Origin: a virus
Taxonomy: Duplodnaviria; Caudoviricetes
IMG/VR virus record: IMGVR_UViG_3300020457_000047
Span: 1 to 31,392 of that record
DNA: 31,392 nucleotides
Direction: 5' to 3' (one strand)
Shown: in pieces, positions 8,107-17,728 of the stretch
Layout: every line of letters starts with the position of its first letter
Numbering within the stretch: position 1 is the stretch's first letter
The notes under the pieces: generated by a model
Database searches by the model: none
Told to the model about the DNA's origin: nothing
The model's input: only the letters and a program-made list of their open reading frames with translations
Made by a program: the position numbers and the translations under genes

Positions 8107-9653
8107 TGAATAATTTGAAAAACTTTGGAAAGTTAAATATACCTGATTGGATTTGGTGGATAGGCATTATTGAATCTAGAGCTGATGTAACAGAAACAGG
8201 AAGATATAGAGTTAGAATAATGGGGTATCATACTGCTGATACTGAAGAATTGCCTACAAAAGATTTGCCTTTTGCCACCGTTGTTAATAGTGTTACAAAT
8301 GCTAGTACATCTGGCATTATGGAAAATCCTAATTTGTTGCCAGGTTCAACAGTAGTAGGATTTTTTGCAGATGGAGAAGAAGGACAATTTCCTATTATAC
8401 TAGGTTCCTTTGCAGGTCTACCTCAGAAAAAGAATGAAGATCTTACAGTAGAAGATGGGTTCAACGATCCAAACAAAAAATATCCTAGAGGAGGTTTTGA
8501 TGAAGAAGCGCCTGAAGGATTTGCGGGAGTAGGTGAACCAGATATTTCTAGACTTGCAAGAGGAGAAAAAGCAGAAGAACATTTTAGTCTAGTTACTAAG
8601 AGAGCAGAAAGAGAGAAAGATGTGAGAACAGCTTCTGCACCTTCACTACAAGCAGACGGTGTATTAGATGACATAGCAAATAAAGACTATGAAGGCAAAA
8701 TGTGGGAAGAACCATATGCAAGAGGACAAGGACCTTATGATACTTTTGACATACCTGAATTCAAACCTAAGTATTGGGACGCACTTAAAGATTTAAAAGA
8801 AGGAGGGGACGGAGTTCCTACAGAACCAGGAACATATACCTCTATGTATCCTTTCAATCTTGTTAGAGAAACAGAAGCAGGGTTTACACAGGAAATAGAC
8901 AACACAACAGGAAATGAAAGATATGCTTGGTACCATCCTGTAGGAAACTTTGAGGAAGTACAAGCAGACGGAACAAGAATTAATAAAATTAAAGGATCGG
9001 ATTATGAGGTTGTTGTTAAGGACAAAAATGTTCTTATCAGAGGTTCTTGTAATGTAACTATTGCAGGAGATGCTAAGTTATTAGTACATGGAGACAAATA
9101 CGAAGAAGTAGAAGGTAATTACTTTTTAAAAATACATGGAGACAGAGTAACTAAAATACAAGGCAACGATGCCAAGGTAGTTAATTCAGATCAAAACTAC
9201 AGCATAGGAGGCAATAGATCTGTTCGTGTAGCATTAGACGACTCTGCTACAATAGTAGGAAAACAAACACAGACAGTTGCAAAAACAAAAACAGAATCCG
9301 TGGCAGGAAAAGTTTCAGAGGATTTTGGAGATGGACAATTAACAAAAGTAACAGGCAATATAATACAAAGAACATCTAACGCCTTCCAACAAATGGCAGG
9401 TAGTATTATGTCTATATTGTCAGGTTCAGATATGACATTAAAAACAGCTACAAAAATGACATTAGAAGCACAAACAGATATGGATATAGATGCTAACAAT
9501 ATGACAATAGATGCTCCTACAATGTCTATAGATGGACCTGCAGGAAACATAACTTCTAATGATGTAACATTACATACACATACACATGCACAAGGTAATG
9601 ATACAAGAGGTGATGGACAATCAGAAACAGACGCACCTACAGGAGGATCATAA
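8106..9653 (+). CDS. gp5: Baseplate central spike gp5 (OB fold plus beta-helix, no lysozyme domain, His-x-His apex)
   Basis: WWIGIIESR.D....GRYRVRIMGYHT...LPT.DLP.A...G..VVGFF.DG...Q.P.ILG OB fold, then YPFN.V.ETE.G...E.D.T.G.ER...HP.G, VxG-type beta-helix repeats and C-terminal VTLHTHTH. Confidence 0.92.
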   Translation: MNNLKNFGKLNIPDWIWWIGIIESRADVTETGRYRVRIMGYHTADTEELPTKDLPFATVVNSVTNASTSGIMENPNLLPGSTVVGFFADGEEGQFPIILGSFAGLPQKKNEDLTVEDGFNDPNKKYPRGGFDEEAPEGFAGVGEPDISRLARGEKAEEHFSLVTKRAEREKDVRTASAPSLQADGVLDDIANKDYEGKMWEEPYARGQGPYDTFDIPEFKPKYWDALKDLKEGGDGVPTEPGTYTSMYPFNLVRETEAGFTQEIDNTTGNERYAWYHPVGNFEEVQADGTRINKIKGSDYEVVVKDKNVLIRGSCNVTIAGDAKLLVHGDKYEEVEGNYFLKIHGDRVTKIQGNDAKVVNSDQNYSIGGNRSVRVALDDSATIVGKQTQTVAKTKTESVAGKVSEDFGDGQLTKVTGNIIQRTSNAFQQMAGSIMSILSGSDMTLKTATKMTLEAQTDMDIDANNMTIDAPTMSIDGPAGNITSNDVTLHTHTHAQGNDTRGDGQSETDAPTGGS

Positions 9654-9654
9654 T

Positions 9655-10257
9655 ATGAGTTGCGGACCGTCAAAAGAATTATTAGCAGTTGCAGATCAAA
9701 TAGATGCGTTGAACGCACAATTAGACGCAGCTATAATGGATATACCTGGCATGGGTGAACTTGCAGGATTAAAAGACAAAGTAGAAGGAGAAGCACAAAA
9801 GTTAAAAGATAAGTTAAGCGCTGCTTTACCGTCTATTAGTTTTCCTAATATACCTTTTGGCCAACAACCATTACACGATCAAATAAAAACTGTAGCAGGT
9901 TTGATAGCATTAGGCATAGCAGGTAAAGATCAATTAGAGAATAGAATAGATTTTCTAAAAACCAAATACAGTAATTTAGATATTGATATAGATAATATTG
10001 CAGACTTGTTACGACAAGGAGCAATGGATTTAGACTCTATTTGTAAACTTGTTCCTAATGTACAAACACAAGGAATAGATCTTACAGTAAAAGGAATACC
10101 TACATCTTTTCCTGATATAGATCCTGTAAGTATTATTAGAGGCAACCCTATACCTAAACTGCCTTCTGTAGATAAAGTTTACATAGACAAAAATGTAAGA
10201 TCAAAAGAACAAGCAGAGGAATTTTTAAATATTGAACTGCCTAACTTTGACTTTTAA
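9655..10257 (+). CDS. Hypothetical protein between gp5 and gp25 (200 aa)
   Basis: AGGAGG Shine-Dalgarno at 9641-9646 supports ATG 9655 (MSCGPSKE) over 9586. Helical N-terminal half and an ICKLVPN motif. Confidence 0.8.
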   Translation: MSCGPSKELLAVADQIDALNAQLDAAIMDIPGMGELAGLKDKVEGEAQKLKDKLSAALPSISFPNIPFGQQPLHDQIKTVAGLIALGIAGKDQLENRIDFLKTKYSNLDIDIDNIADLLRQGAMDLDSICKLVPNVQTQGIDLTVKGIPTSFPDIDPVSIIRGNPIPKLPSVDKVYIDKNVRSKEQAEEFLNIELPNFDF

Positions 10258-10258
10258 G

Positions 10259-10266
10259 TATAAATA
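10259..10266 (+). promoter_or_regulatory. Late promoter TATAAATA for gp25-gp6-gp7
   Basis: Exact consensus in a 14-nt intergenic gap, 5 nt before the gp25 ATG. Confidence 0.8.
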
Positions 10267-10271
10267 CTAAT

Positions 10272-10676
10272 ATGGCTATACTTAAACAAAAAAGAGCAAG
10301 AATCTATAAGGACTTTGATCTCTCATTTGGTAAAAATTCTTTATCGGGAGATCTTAATAAAAAACTTGATGTAAATGCCGTGAAACAGTCAATGATTAAT
10401 TTAGTAATGACTAAACCTTTTGAAAGGCCTTTTAATCCTTTACTAGGATCTGAGATAAACAGTTTATTATTTGAACAAATGGATACTTTTACTAGCGATG
10501 CTATACAAAAGAATTTAATATACTTGTTTAAAAACTATGAACCCAGATGTAGGATAACGGATATAAGAGTAAAACCTTTGTATGATCAAAATGAATATGT
10601 TGTGTCTGTAGATTTTCATATTGTAGGTATAAATGAACCACAACAATTAGAAGTAAGATTAGAGAGGCTAAGGTAA
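10272..10676 (+). CDS. gp25: Baseplate wedge subunit gp25
   Basis: YKDFDLSF...D.NAVKQS..NLV.T...ERPFNP.LGS.I..LLFE...NYEPR...LERLR. Confidence 0.95.
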   Translation: MAILKQKRARIYKDFDLSFGKNSLSGDLNKKLDVNAVKQSMINLVMTKPFERPFNPLLGSEINSLLFEQMDTFTSDAIQKNLIYLFKNYEPRCRITDIRVKPLYDQNEYVVSVDFHIVGINEPQQLEVRLERLR

Positions 10677-12580
10677 TGGCGCAGTTAAATACAACAGAAT
10701 TAGACTTTGAAGATATAAAAATAAATTTAAAAAATTTTTTAAAGTCACAGACAGAATTTTCAGATTACAATTTTGAAGGTTCAGGTATGGCAGTATTAAT
10801 AGATTTATTGGCATACAATACACACTATCAAGGTATGTTAGCACACATGTTGGCTAACGAAAATTTTATAGATACAGCAGTTAAGAGAGAGTCTGTAGTA
10901 TCTATTGCAAAAGCATTAGGCTATACACCTAGATCTTTTTTAGGAGCTAGTGCAACAGTAACAATAACAGTTACACCTCCTAGTTCATTTACAGGAACTA
11001 ATCTTACACTATCTAGAAATGCAGTTTTTACAAGTGCAGTCAACGGCTCTACATATAAATTTTATGCTTTAGAAGATGTTACAACATCTGCTATAATAGA
11101 TGGCGGTGTAAAGAAATTTGTTTTTAGTGATGTAGTTTTAAAAGAAGGAATAAGAACTACCAATTCTTTTACAATACAAGCAGCAAATCCTCAAGGCCCT
11201 TATATTATTCCTAATGAAAGTATAGACGCTACTACAATAAGAGCGAGAGTACAGACATCATTATCAGATACATCTTTAACCACATGGAATAAGTCTACAA
11301 CATTATTAGATGTTAAAAACGATTCTAGAGTATATTGGTGTGAAGAAGGTATAGATGGTTTAACACAATTAAGATTTGGAGACGGTGTACTAGGACAAAA
11401 GTTATCAGTGGATAATATTTTAATTGTAGATTACATAGCAAGTTCAGGCAAAACACCTAACACAGCTAAAACATTCTCAGCAACAAGTGTAATATCTGAA
11501 GGAGGAGAAACAGTTTCAGTTACTACAACAAGCCCAGCATCAGGTGGTAGCATACAAGAATCAGTAGATGAGATTAGATTTAATGCGCCTCGTTTCAATG
11601 CTACAAGAGACAGAGCAGTTACTGAAACAGATTATAAAACACTAATATTACAAAGTAATCCTAACATACAGTCTGTTGCAGTATGGGGAGGAGAGAAAAA
11701 CGATCCTCCTATGTATGGAAAAGTTTTTATATCTTTAAATCCTGTAGAAGGACAGGTTATTACAGAACAAGATAAAGACAATATTAAGAACAGTATTATT
11801 GATCCTAAAACACCTGTAGCAATTATGCCAGAGTTTGTTGATCCTGAAAACACATTTATACAGTTAGAAATAGATACTGTATATGATCCTAAACTTACAT
11901 CTTTGGCAAAAGGAGAAGTGGAGGCAGCAGTATTAGAACAAGTAAATGCGTATTTTTCAAATCAATTAAACAAACTAAATAAAAGTTTCTATTATAGTAG
12001 ACTACATGATTTAATTAACAAACAAACAGCATCAATTATATCTACTAACATACGATTAGGATTACAAAAAAGAGTAAAACCTACATTCAATACTACACAT
12101 AATTATACAGTTAAGTTTAATCAAAAACTACAACCTAGAGAATTAGGAAGCACATATTTTGATATTGAAATATCAGGTGTTACACATAAAGCAATATTAG
12201 AAGACACACCAGCATCTACAGTAGTCGCTCCAGCATATAGTGGAACAGGTGTAGTTAATGCAGTAGGAACAGACGGACAAATTTTAGGTGCAGTAGGCAC
12301 AATAGATTACGATTCAGGAACAGTAGATTTACCTTCCATGACACTTAAAAAATTATATGGAACAGAAACAAAATTAAGAATAAATGTTACGCCTCATGAT
12401 AGTATTAAAGACATTACTACACAAGCTCTTATTAGAACTTCCGATACCAGCACAGCAGCAGTCGTTGCTAAGCCTGCCAGAAATACAGTTCTAACATTAG
12501 ATGATAGTGTTTTGGATGCTACAATTAATACAGTTGCAGGTGTAAGAATAACAGCAACTAAAGAAGTAGAAGAAGTTTAA
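10676..12580 (+). CDS. gp6: Baseplate wedge subunit gp6
   Basis: [25 protein letters not shown]...[19 protein letters not shown]...[31 protein letters not shown]. Confidence 0.95.
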   Translation: MAQLNTTELDFEDIKINLKNFLKSQTEFSDYNFEGSGMAVLIDLLAYNTHYQGMLAHMLANENFIDTAVKRESVVSIAKALGYTPRSFLGASATVTITVTPPSSFTGTNLTLSRNAVFTSAVNGSTYKFYALEDVTTSAIIDGGVKKFVFSDVVLKEGIRTTNSFTIQAANPQGPYIIPNESIDATTIRARVQTSLSDTSLTTWNKSTTLLDVKNDSRVYWCEEGIDGLTQLRFGDGVLGQKLSVDNILIVDYIASSGKTPNTAKTFSATSVISEGGETVSVTTTSPASGGSIQESVDEIRFNAPRFNATRDRAVTETDYKTLILQSNPNIQSVAVWGGEKNDPPMYGKVFISLNPVEGQVITEQDKDNIKNSIIDPKTPVAIMPEFVDPENTFIQLEIDTVYDPKLTSLAKGEVEAAVLEQVNAYFSNQLNKLNKSFYYSRLHDLINKQTASIISTNIRLGLQKRVKPTFNTTHNYTVKFNQKLQPRELGSTYFDIEISGVTHKAILEDTPASTVVAPAYSGTGVVNAVGTDGQILGAVGTIDYDSGTVDLPSMTLKKLYGTETKLRINVTPHDSIKDITTQALIRTSDTSTAAVVAKPARNTVLTLDDSVLDATINTVAGVRITATKEVEEV

Positions 12581-15500
12581 TGGCGGATTATATCCCATCA
12601 TTTTATAGATATGTAAAATCTATAACAGTAACTAATGGAGGTACAGGATACTTTTCTGGAACACCTACCGTAGAAATTACTGGGGGTGGCGGTACAGGCG
12701 CAACAGCAACAGCAACAACAAATAATGGTATCATAACAGGGTTTACCATTACAAACAAAGGTACAGGTTATACAACACCTCCTACAGTTACAATCACAGG
12801 TGGTGGCGGAACAGGCGCTGTAGGTACAGCAGTTTTAGATTCTGCACAGGATACTGCATCTTTAGAAACAAGAAATAGAAGTTTTTTAGTTAGAGAACAA
12901 ATACCCGAACACATAATACACGATCATCCTATCTTTGTAACATTCTTAGAAAAGTATTATGCTTTTATGGATGCAAATTACAAAGACCCTACAAACTATA
13001 CTTCTGATATAGATTATACAAATGAACAATTCTTAGATAAATGGAGAGGAGCATTAGTATCTGACTTCCCTTCATTAATATCTGTTGATAAAGCTTTCTT
13101 TTACAAAAGAGCAAAAGACTTTTATGAATCCAAAGGTAGTAGACGATCTATAGAAGCATGGTTTAGAATATTATTTAATGAAAATGTAGATGTAACTTTT
13201 CCATATCAATTTGTTTTAAAACCTTCTGATGGTATCTACAATGTAGAAAAAACAATTAAAATACAAGAAGCAGTACATGGAGGAGGCAGTCTCGAACCTT
13301 TAGATTTAGAAGGTAAAAAGATTGATATAAGATTTAAAGAAACTACAGGTACGGTTACAGTAACAAAACATACAAATGCTAATGTTAAAAGAGTAGAAAA
13401 GAATACATATCAAACAAATGGTTTAACATTACAAAGATTTGAATTAGTATTAGACTTTGAAGATGCTAATGTTACGACTGTTAATGGACCAGGTGCTGGA
13501 GCCGTTGTAACAGCCACAGTATCCGGCGGAGCAATTACAGACTTCACAGTAACAGATGGAGGCTCAGGATATATTGCAGCACCAACAGTACAAATTTTCC
13601 CAGCGGCAGGCGACACTATTACAACAACAGCTACTGCACATGCTCTAGTAGAAAACGGAGCAATTAAAGATGTTGTTGTTGATAACGGAGGTGCAGGATA
13701 TAATAGCGCTCCTGGAATAGAGTTTGACACAGATCCAATTAGATCTTATGTTGTAGATGATGGCGCAGGTAACGCAGAATCAGACATATATGGTTATCTT
13801 GTTAGAGTATTAACAAGTGTAGCATTCAAATCTTATAGTGGTTCAGAGGCAGATGCAGGATTTAAGATAGGACAAATATATGCTATCAATGAAACGGGAG
13901 ATGATGGTAAAGCATATGCAGTCTCAGGTTATTTTGCAGGGGACTATACATTTATTGGTGGTTCTAATGATGCCTTTATAAGAATAACGGCAGTAACAAG
14001 TGCAGGGCTACCTTCGGCATTCACAGTAATTAATCCAGGTTCTACATTCTTAAATGATACAGCAGACATTCTTATTACATCTCCTAAGGGAGAATCATGT
14101 ACAATTACATTAACAACAGGTTATCTATTCGAATATGAAGGCAAATGGAAAAACGATCAAGGTAAATTATCTGATGTTAATGTAATTGCAGATAACAAGA
14201 GATTCCAACCATTCTCTTATGTAGTTAAATCTGGTATATCACAAGCTACTTGGGATAGGAGTTTAAGAGATACAGTACACCCTGCAGGTATGGAGGTATT
14301 CGGAGATTTAATTATAAGAAGTGTAGTAGACTTTAATGTACTATACGAAGTTGAATCTACAGGTTACACATTCTTTATATTTGAAGCAGATGATATTGTT
14401 ACAACTGTTGAAACAGGTCCATTGTTTGACTTTACCAAACTCTTTACAGATGCACCTAATGCAACAGAGGCACACGCAATAGCATTTACACCAGAAGGCA
14501 AGACAGATACTGCACTTGCCACAGACCAAGGATCTAATCCTTATTGTGAGGTAGGTTATTGGAATGATGATAGCGATGGTATATCTTCAGACAATTATAA
14601 TATTGGAGATGAACAATTTGTTAAAGCAGTCTCCAAACCATTCACAGAAGTTTTATCGGTAAATGATACAATAACAGAAAGTGATATAGATATATCCTTC
14701 TTTAGAACATTTACTGAAACAAGAAATGCTACAGAGTCTATAGCAAAAGCATTTACTAAAGTGTTTGATGATGGTTTTGTAAACAATTATTGGACACCGG
14801 CAAATGGATCGGGCGCTTATACAAATGATCTAGCAGATAATGGTGATTATCAATATTATGTTGCTACAAGTTTAGGAGCTGTAACAGTATCAGAATCCAT
14901 TAATGTATTAAGAATATTAGGAGCTCAACCTACTGATACAGTTAGCGTAACTGAAGTGGCACAAATTACAGCGCAATTTAACATTTCACCAAGTGATACA
15001 GGTACTGCACAAGAAAGTATAGCAGTTACATTTATTACATCATTTAGCGACACGGGTACCGTTAGTGATGCCCCAGCGAAAACAATTGGTAAAGTATTAG
15101 CACATTCAACTTCTAATACTGATTCAGAAGTTTTAGCACTCTCACTAGCAAAAACAGAAACAGTAACAACAAGCGATACAGATATATATTCTTTAAGCAA
15201 GTTTCCAACAGATACGATTTCAGGAGTTTCAGAGAGTCTATCAAGGACACTTACATATCAAAGAACATTTACAGAATCGCCTACAATTACTGAACTTCCG
15301 GCAAGGGCTATATCCAAACCTTTCTCGGATTCAGCAAGTGCTGGAGAAAACTTTAGTTCTCAACTTATAAGACAGGTAACAGCGTCTGATACTTTGAGCA
15401 ACATTACAAGTACTCAAGTACTACAAATTAATAAAGCAGTTTCGGAAACATTATCTATATCCGAGGCTATAAACAGTATAAATACAAGTAAAGGATTAAC

Positions 15501-15660
15501 AGAAACACCAAATGGTACAGAATCCTTAGCAAGTGCGCTATCCAAACCAGCAACAGATAGTAGTACTGCTACAGATACGGGTACTGGTAAGATGCAGGAT
15601 TATGTAGATCCTACTTACTTAGACTCAGACTATGTTGGTTCTAGTTGGAACTTTACATAA
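12580..15660 (+). CDS. gp7: Baseplate wedge initiator gp7-like, with GxGY modules and a long repetitive C-terminal extension
   Basis: QIPE.I....P.FV.FLEKYY.F, K.AKDFY.SKGS..SIE..FRILF, LKPSDG, G.LSD...I.D...Q.FSYV.KS, VHPAG...FG. Follows gp6. Confidence 0.8.
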   Translation: MADYIPSFYRYVKSITVTNGGTGYFSGTPTVEITGGGGTGATATATTNNGIITGFTITNKGTGYTTPPTVTITGGGGTGAVGTAVLDSAQDTASLETRNRSFLVREQIPEHIIHDHPIFVTFLEKYYAFMDANYKDPTNYTSDIDYTNEQFLDKWRGALVSDFPSLISVDKAFFYKRAKDFYESKGSRRSIEAWFRILFNENVDVTFPYQFVLKPSDGIYNVEKTIKIQEAVHGGGSLEPLDLEGKKIDIRFKETTGTVTVTKHTNANVKRVEKNTYQTNGLTLQRFELVLDFEDANVTTVNGPGAGAVVTATVSGGAITDFTVTDGGSGYIAAPTVQIFPAAGDTITTTATAHALVENGAIKDVVVDNGGAGYNSAPGIEFDTDPIRSYVVDDGAGNAESDIYGYLVRVLTSVAFKSYSGSEADAGFKIGQIYAINETGDDGKAYAVSGYFAGDYTFIGGSNDAFIRITAVTSAGLPSAFTVINPGSTFLNDTADILITSPKGESCTITLTTGYLFEYEGKWKNDQGKLSDVNVIADNKRFQPFSYVVKSGISQATWDRSLRDTVHPAGMEVFGDLIIRSVVDFNVLYEVESTGYTFFIFEADDIVTTVETGPLFDFTKLFTDAPNATEAHAIAFTPEGKTDTALATDQGSNPYCEVGYWNDDSDGISSDNYNIGDEQFVKAVSKPFTEVLSVNDTITESDIDISFFRTFTETRNATESIAKAFTKVFDDGFVNNYWTPANGSGAYTNDLADNGDYQYYVATSLGAVTVSESINVLRILGAQPTDTVSVTEVAQITAQFNISPSDTGTAQESIAVTFITSFSDTGTVSDAPAKTIGKVLAHSTSNTDSEVLALSLAKTETVTTSDTDIYSLSKFPTDTISGVSESLSRTLTYQRTFTESPTITELPARAISKPFSDSASAGENFSSQLIRQVTASDTLSNITSTQVLQINKAVSETLSISEAINSINTSKGLTETPNGTESLASALSKPATDSSTATDTGTGKMQDYVDPTYLDSDYVGSSWNFT
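15477..15484 (+). promoter_or_regulatory. Possible internal late promoter TATAAATA
   Basis: Exact consensus near the 3' end of gp7, about 200 nt upstream of the 15686 gene. Confidence 0.5.
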
Positions 15661-15685
15661 CGGATAAACATATTAGGAGAATAAA

Positions 15686-16129
15686 ATGTTTAAAAATGAT
15701 AAATCGAAAGCTACAGGTAAGCTTACCGTTGAAATCAAGAACAAGCAAGGCGAAGTAATCGACATTAGGGAAGTTAAAAACCTAGTGGTTGATGACGGCC
15801 TTGAGTACATTGCATCTAGAATGAAAGATGCTACAGCTACAGCTATGTCTCATATGGCTATAGGAACAGGATCAACAGCAGCAGCTGCTAGTGATACTGC
15901 CCTAGGTACTGAGGCAGCTAGAGTTGCTCTTACTTCTACCACAGTTACAGCTAATGCTGTTGCTTATGTTGCTTCTTTTGGAGCAGGTACAGGTACAGGA
16001 GCTATTACAGAAGCAGGTATTTTAAATGCAGCTTCTAGTGGTACTCTTCTTTGTAGGACTGTTTTTTCAGTCGTAAACAAAGGCGCGTCAGATTCAATGA
16101 CAATTACTTGGACAGTAACAATTTCGTAA
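15686..16129 (+). CDS. Small virion structural protein resembling tail-fibre baseplate-attachment (P2 gpH N-terminal/DUF3751-like) domains
   Basis: NLVVD.G...IA..M...SHMAIGTG......DTAL.TE..R...ITEAGI.N....GTL..R.VF..VNK pattern. AGGAG Shine-Dalgarno. Fold assignment is from memory of the pattern only. Confidence 0.6.
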   Translation: MFKNDKSKATGKLTVEIKNKQGEVIDIREVKNLVVDDGLEYIASRMKDATATAMSHMAIGTGSTAAAASDTALGTEAARVALTSTTVTANAVAYVASFGAGTGTGAITEAGILNAASSGTLLCRTVFSVVNKGASDSMTITWTVTIS

Positions 16130-16138
16130 GGTAAATAG

Positions 16139-17725
16139 ATGGCTCTAGTACTTCGAAGACTAGGTAGGGTTGAATTAGCAAGAACATTTCATAGAGATGT
16201 TCGTAATAGAAACGACTACTTTCATTTTGCTGTAGGCAGAACAGAGGCTTGGATAGATGAGACAAGTCCTGAAATACCTATTGACAATGATTCCTATGTC
16301 TCGAAGTTTAGAAGGAGCATGATGTTTACACAACAAATTGACTCTGCAGATGTTTGCTTATTAGCAAAAAGAGTAAATTGGGCTACAGGCACGGTGTATG
16401 ATGAATATGATGATAATATTTCATCTAGTAATCAATCATTCACCGGAGCCTCCAATTTAGCAGATGCGCTTTTCTTTGTTGTAACAGATGAATTTAAGGT
16501 ATATAAATGTATCAGTAATAATAATAACGGACAAAGTACAGTCAAACCTACAAGTACAGGAACATCTGTATTTGAATTGGCTGATAATTATAACTGGAAA
16601 TTTATGTTTCAAATCTCGGCATCTGATCAAAACAAATTTTTAGATGCCGATTTTATTCCTGTTAGAAAACTTACAGGAAATCCTACACATGATGTTACAG
16701 GAGAAGTAGATAGTATTACTATCACAGCAGGAGGCACAGGTTATACATCGGTGCCGACAGTAGTTATACAAGGTGATGGTGATGGTTTAGCAGCAGGCAC
16801 AGCAACCATATCAGGTGGCGCAGTAACAGGAGTTACAATTACAGCATCTGGTTCTGGTTATAGTTTTGCATTTATAACTTTTAGTGGCGGTGGCGGTTCT
16901 GGAGCAGCAGGAAGTGTTAATTTAGGAGACGCAGATGCCTTACCAGCATTACAAAGTGCTGTAGAAGGTGCAGCAGTAAGTGGTACATTAGACAGAGTTA
17001 TTGTTACAACAGCAGGACAAGACTACGCAGAAAATGATGTACAGGTTACTGTAACAGGCGATGGCACAGGAGCAGAAGCAAGTGCTAAAGTCAACGCAGC
17101 TACAGGAGCCATTACAAGTGTTAGAGTTACAAATCCAGGATCAGGATATTCTTATGCAGAAATATCTATTGTAAACACATCAGCTCCTGGTACAGGAGCA
17201 ACAGCTAGAGCTATTGTTTCTCCTCAAGGAGGACATGGTTCTAATGCACCTAGAGAATTGTTTGCTAACAATTTAGGTGTTACAGTATCATTCGCAGATA
17301 ATGATAATAGAGATTTAATATTAGGCAATGACTTTAGACAGATTGCACTAATTAAAAATATAAAAACACCAGCAGGTGTTGTTTATACAACGAACACAGC
17401 AACAGCTTGTCATATTATTAATGTAGCAAGTGTTGCAAGTTATGCTGTTGATGACATCATAACAACAGATGACGGAGGGTCGTTTACAGTCATACAAATA
17501 GATTCAGATAATAAAAATATTTATTTGACATCTACAATTCCTTTGATAACAACCAATTCCGTTTTAACAAATACTACTCAAAACATCAGCAATTTGAGTA
17601 TAAATAGTATAACAGAACCAGAAGTAGATAATGCTACAGGGGAAGTTATTTACTTAGACAACAGATCACCGGTTATTAGATCGGCTGATCAGGTAGAACA
17701 GATAAAGGCATTGATTAGGTTTTAA
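16139..17725 (+). CDS. gp8: Baseplate wedge subunit gp8, with inserted GxGY modules
   Basis: GR..AW.DE..P..P, R.NW..GT.YD.Y, F.V.T.E.KVYKC..NN....ST.KP, D.Y.WKFM, P.GGHG, NDFRQI.L.KN, GEVIY.DNR....R..DQ.E.IK....F. Confidence 0.9.
   Translation: MALVLRRLGRVELARTFHRDVRNRNDYFHFAVGRTEAWIDETSPEIPIDNDSYVSKFRRSMMFTQQIDSADVCLLAKRVNWATGTVYDEYDDNISSSNQSFTGASNLADALFFVVTDEFKVYKCISNNNNGQSTVKPTSTGTSVFELADNYNWKFMFQISASDQNKFLDADFIPVRKLTGNPTHDVTGEVDSITITAGGTGYTSVPTVVIQGDGDGLAAGTATISGGAVTGVTITASGSGYSFAFITFSGGGGSGAAGSVNLGDADALPALQSAVEGAAVSGTLDRVIVTTAGQDYAENDVQVTVTGDGTGAEASAKVNAATGAITSVRVTNPGSGYSYAEISIVNTSAPGTGATARAIVSPQGGHGSNAPRELFANNLGVTVSFADNDNRDLILGNDFRQIALIKNIKTPAGVVYTTNTATACHIINVASVASYAVDDIITTDDGGSFTVIQIDSDNKNIYLTSTIPLITTNSVLTNTTQNISNLSINSITEPEVDNATGEVIYLDNRSPVIRSADQVEQIKALIRF
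17599..17606 (+). promoter_or_regulatory. Probable late promoter TATAAATA for the 2080-aa gene
   Basis: Exact consensus in the 3' end of gp8, about 120 nt upstream of ATG 17729. Confidence 0.55.
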
Positions 17726-17728
17726 CAA

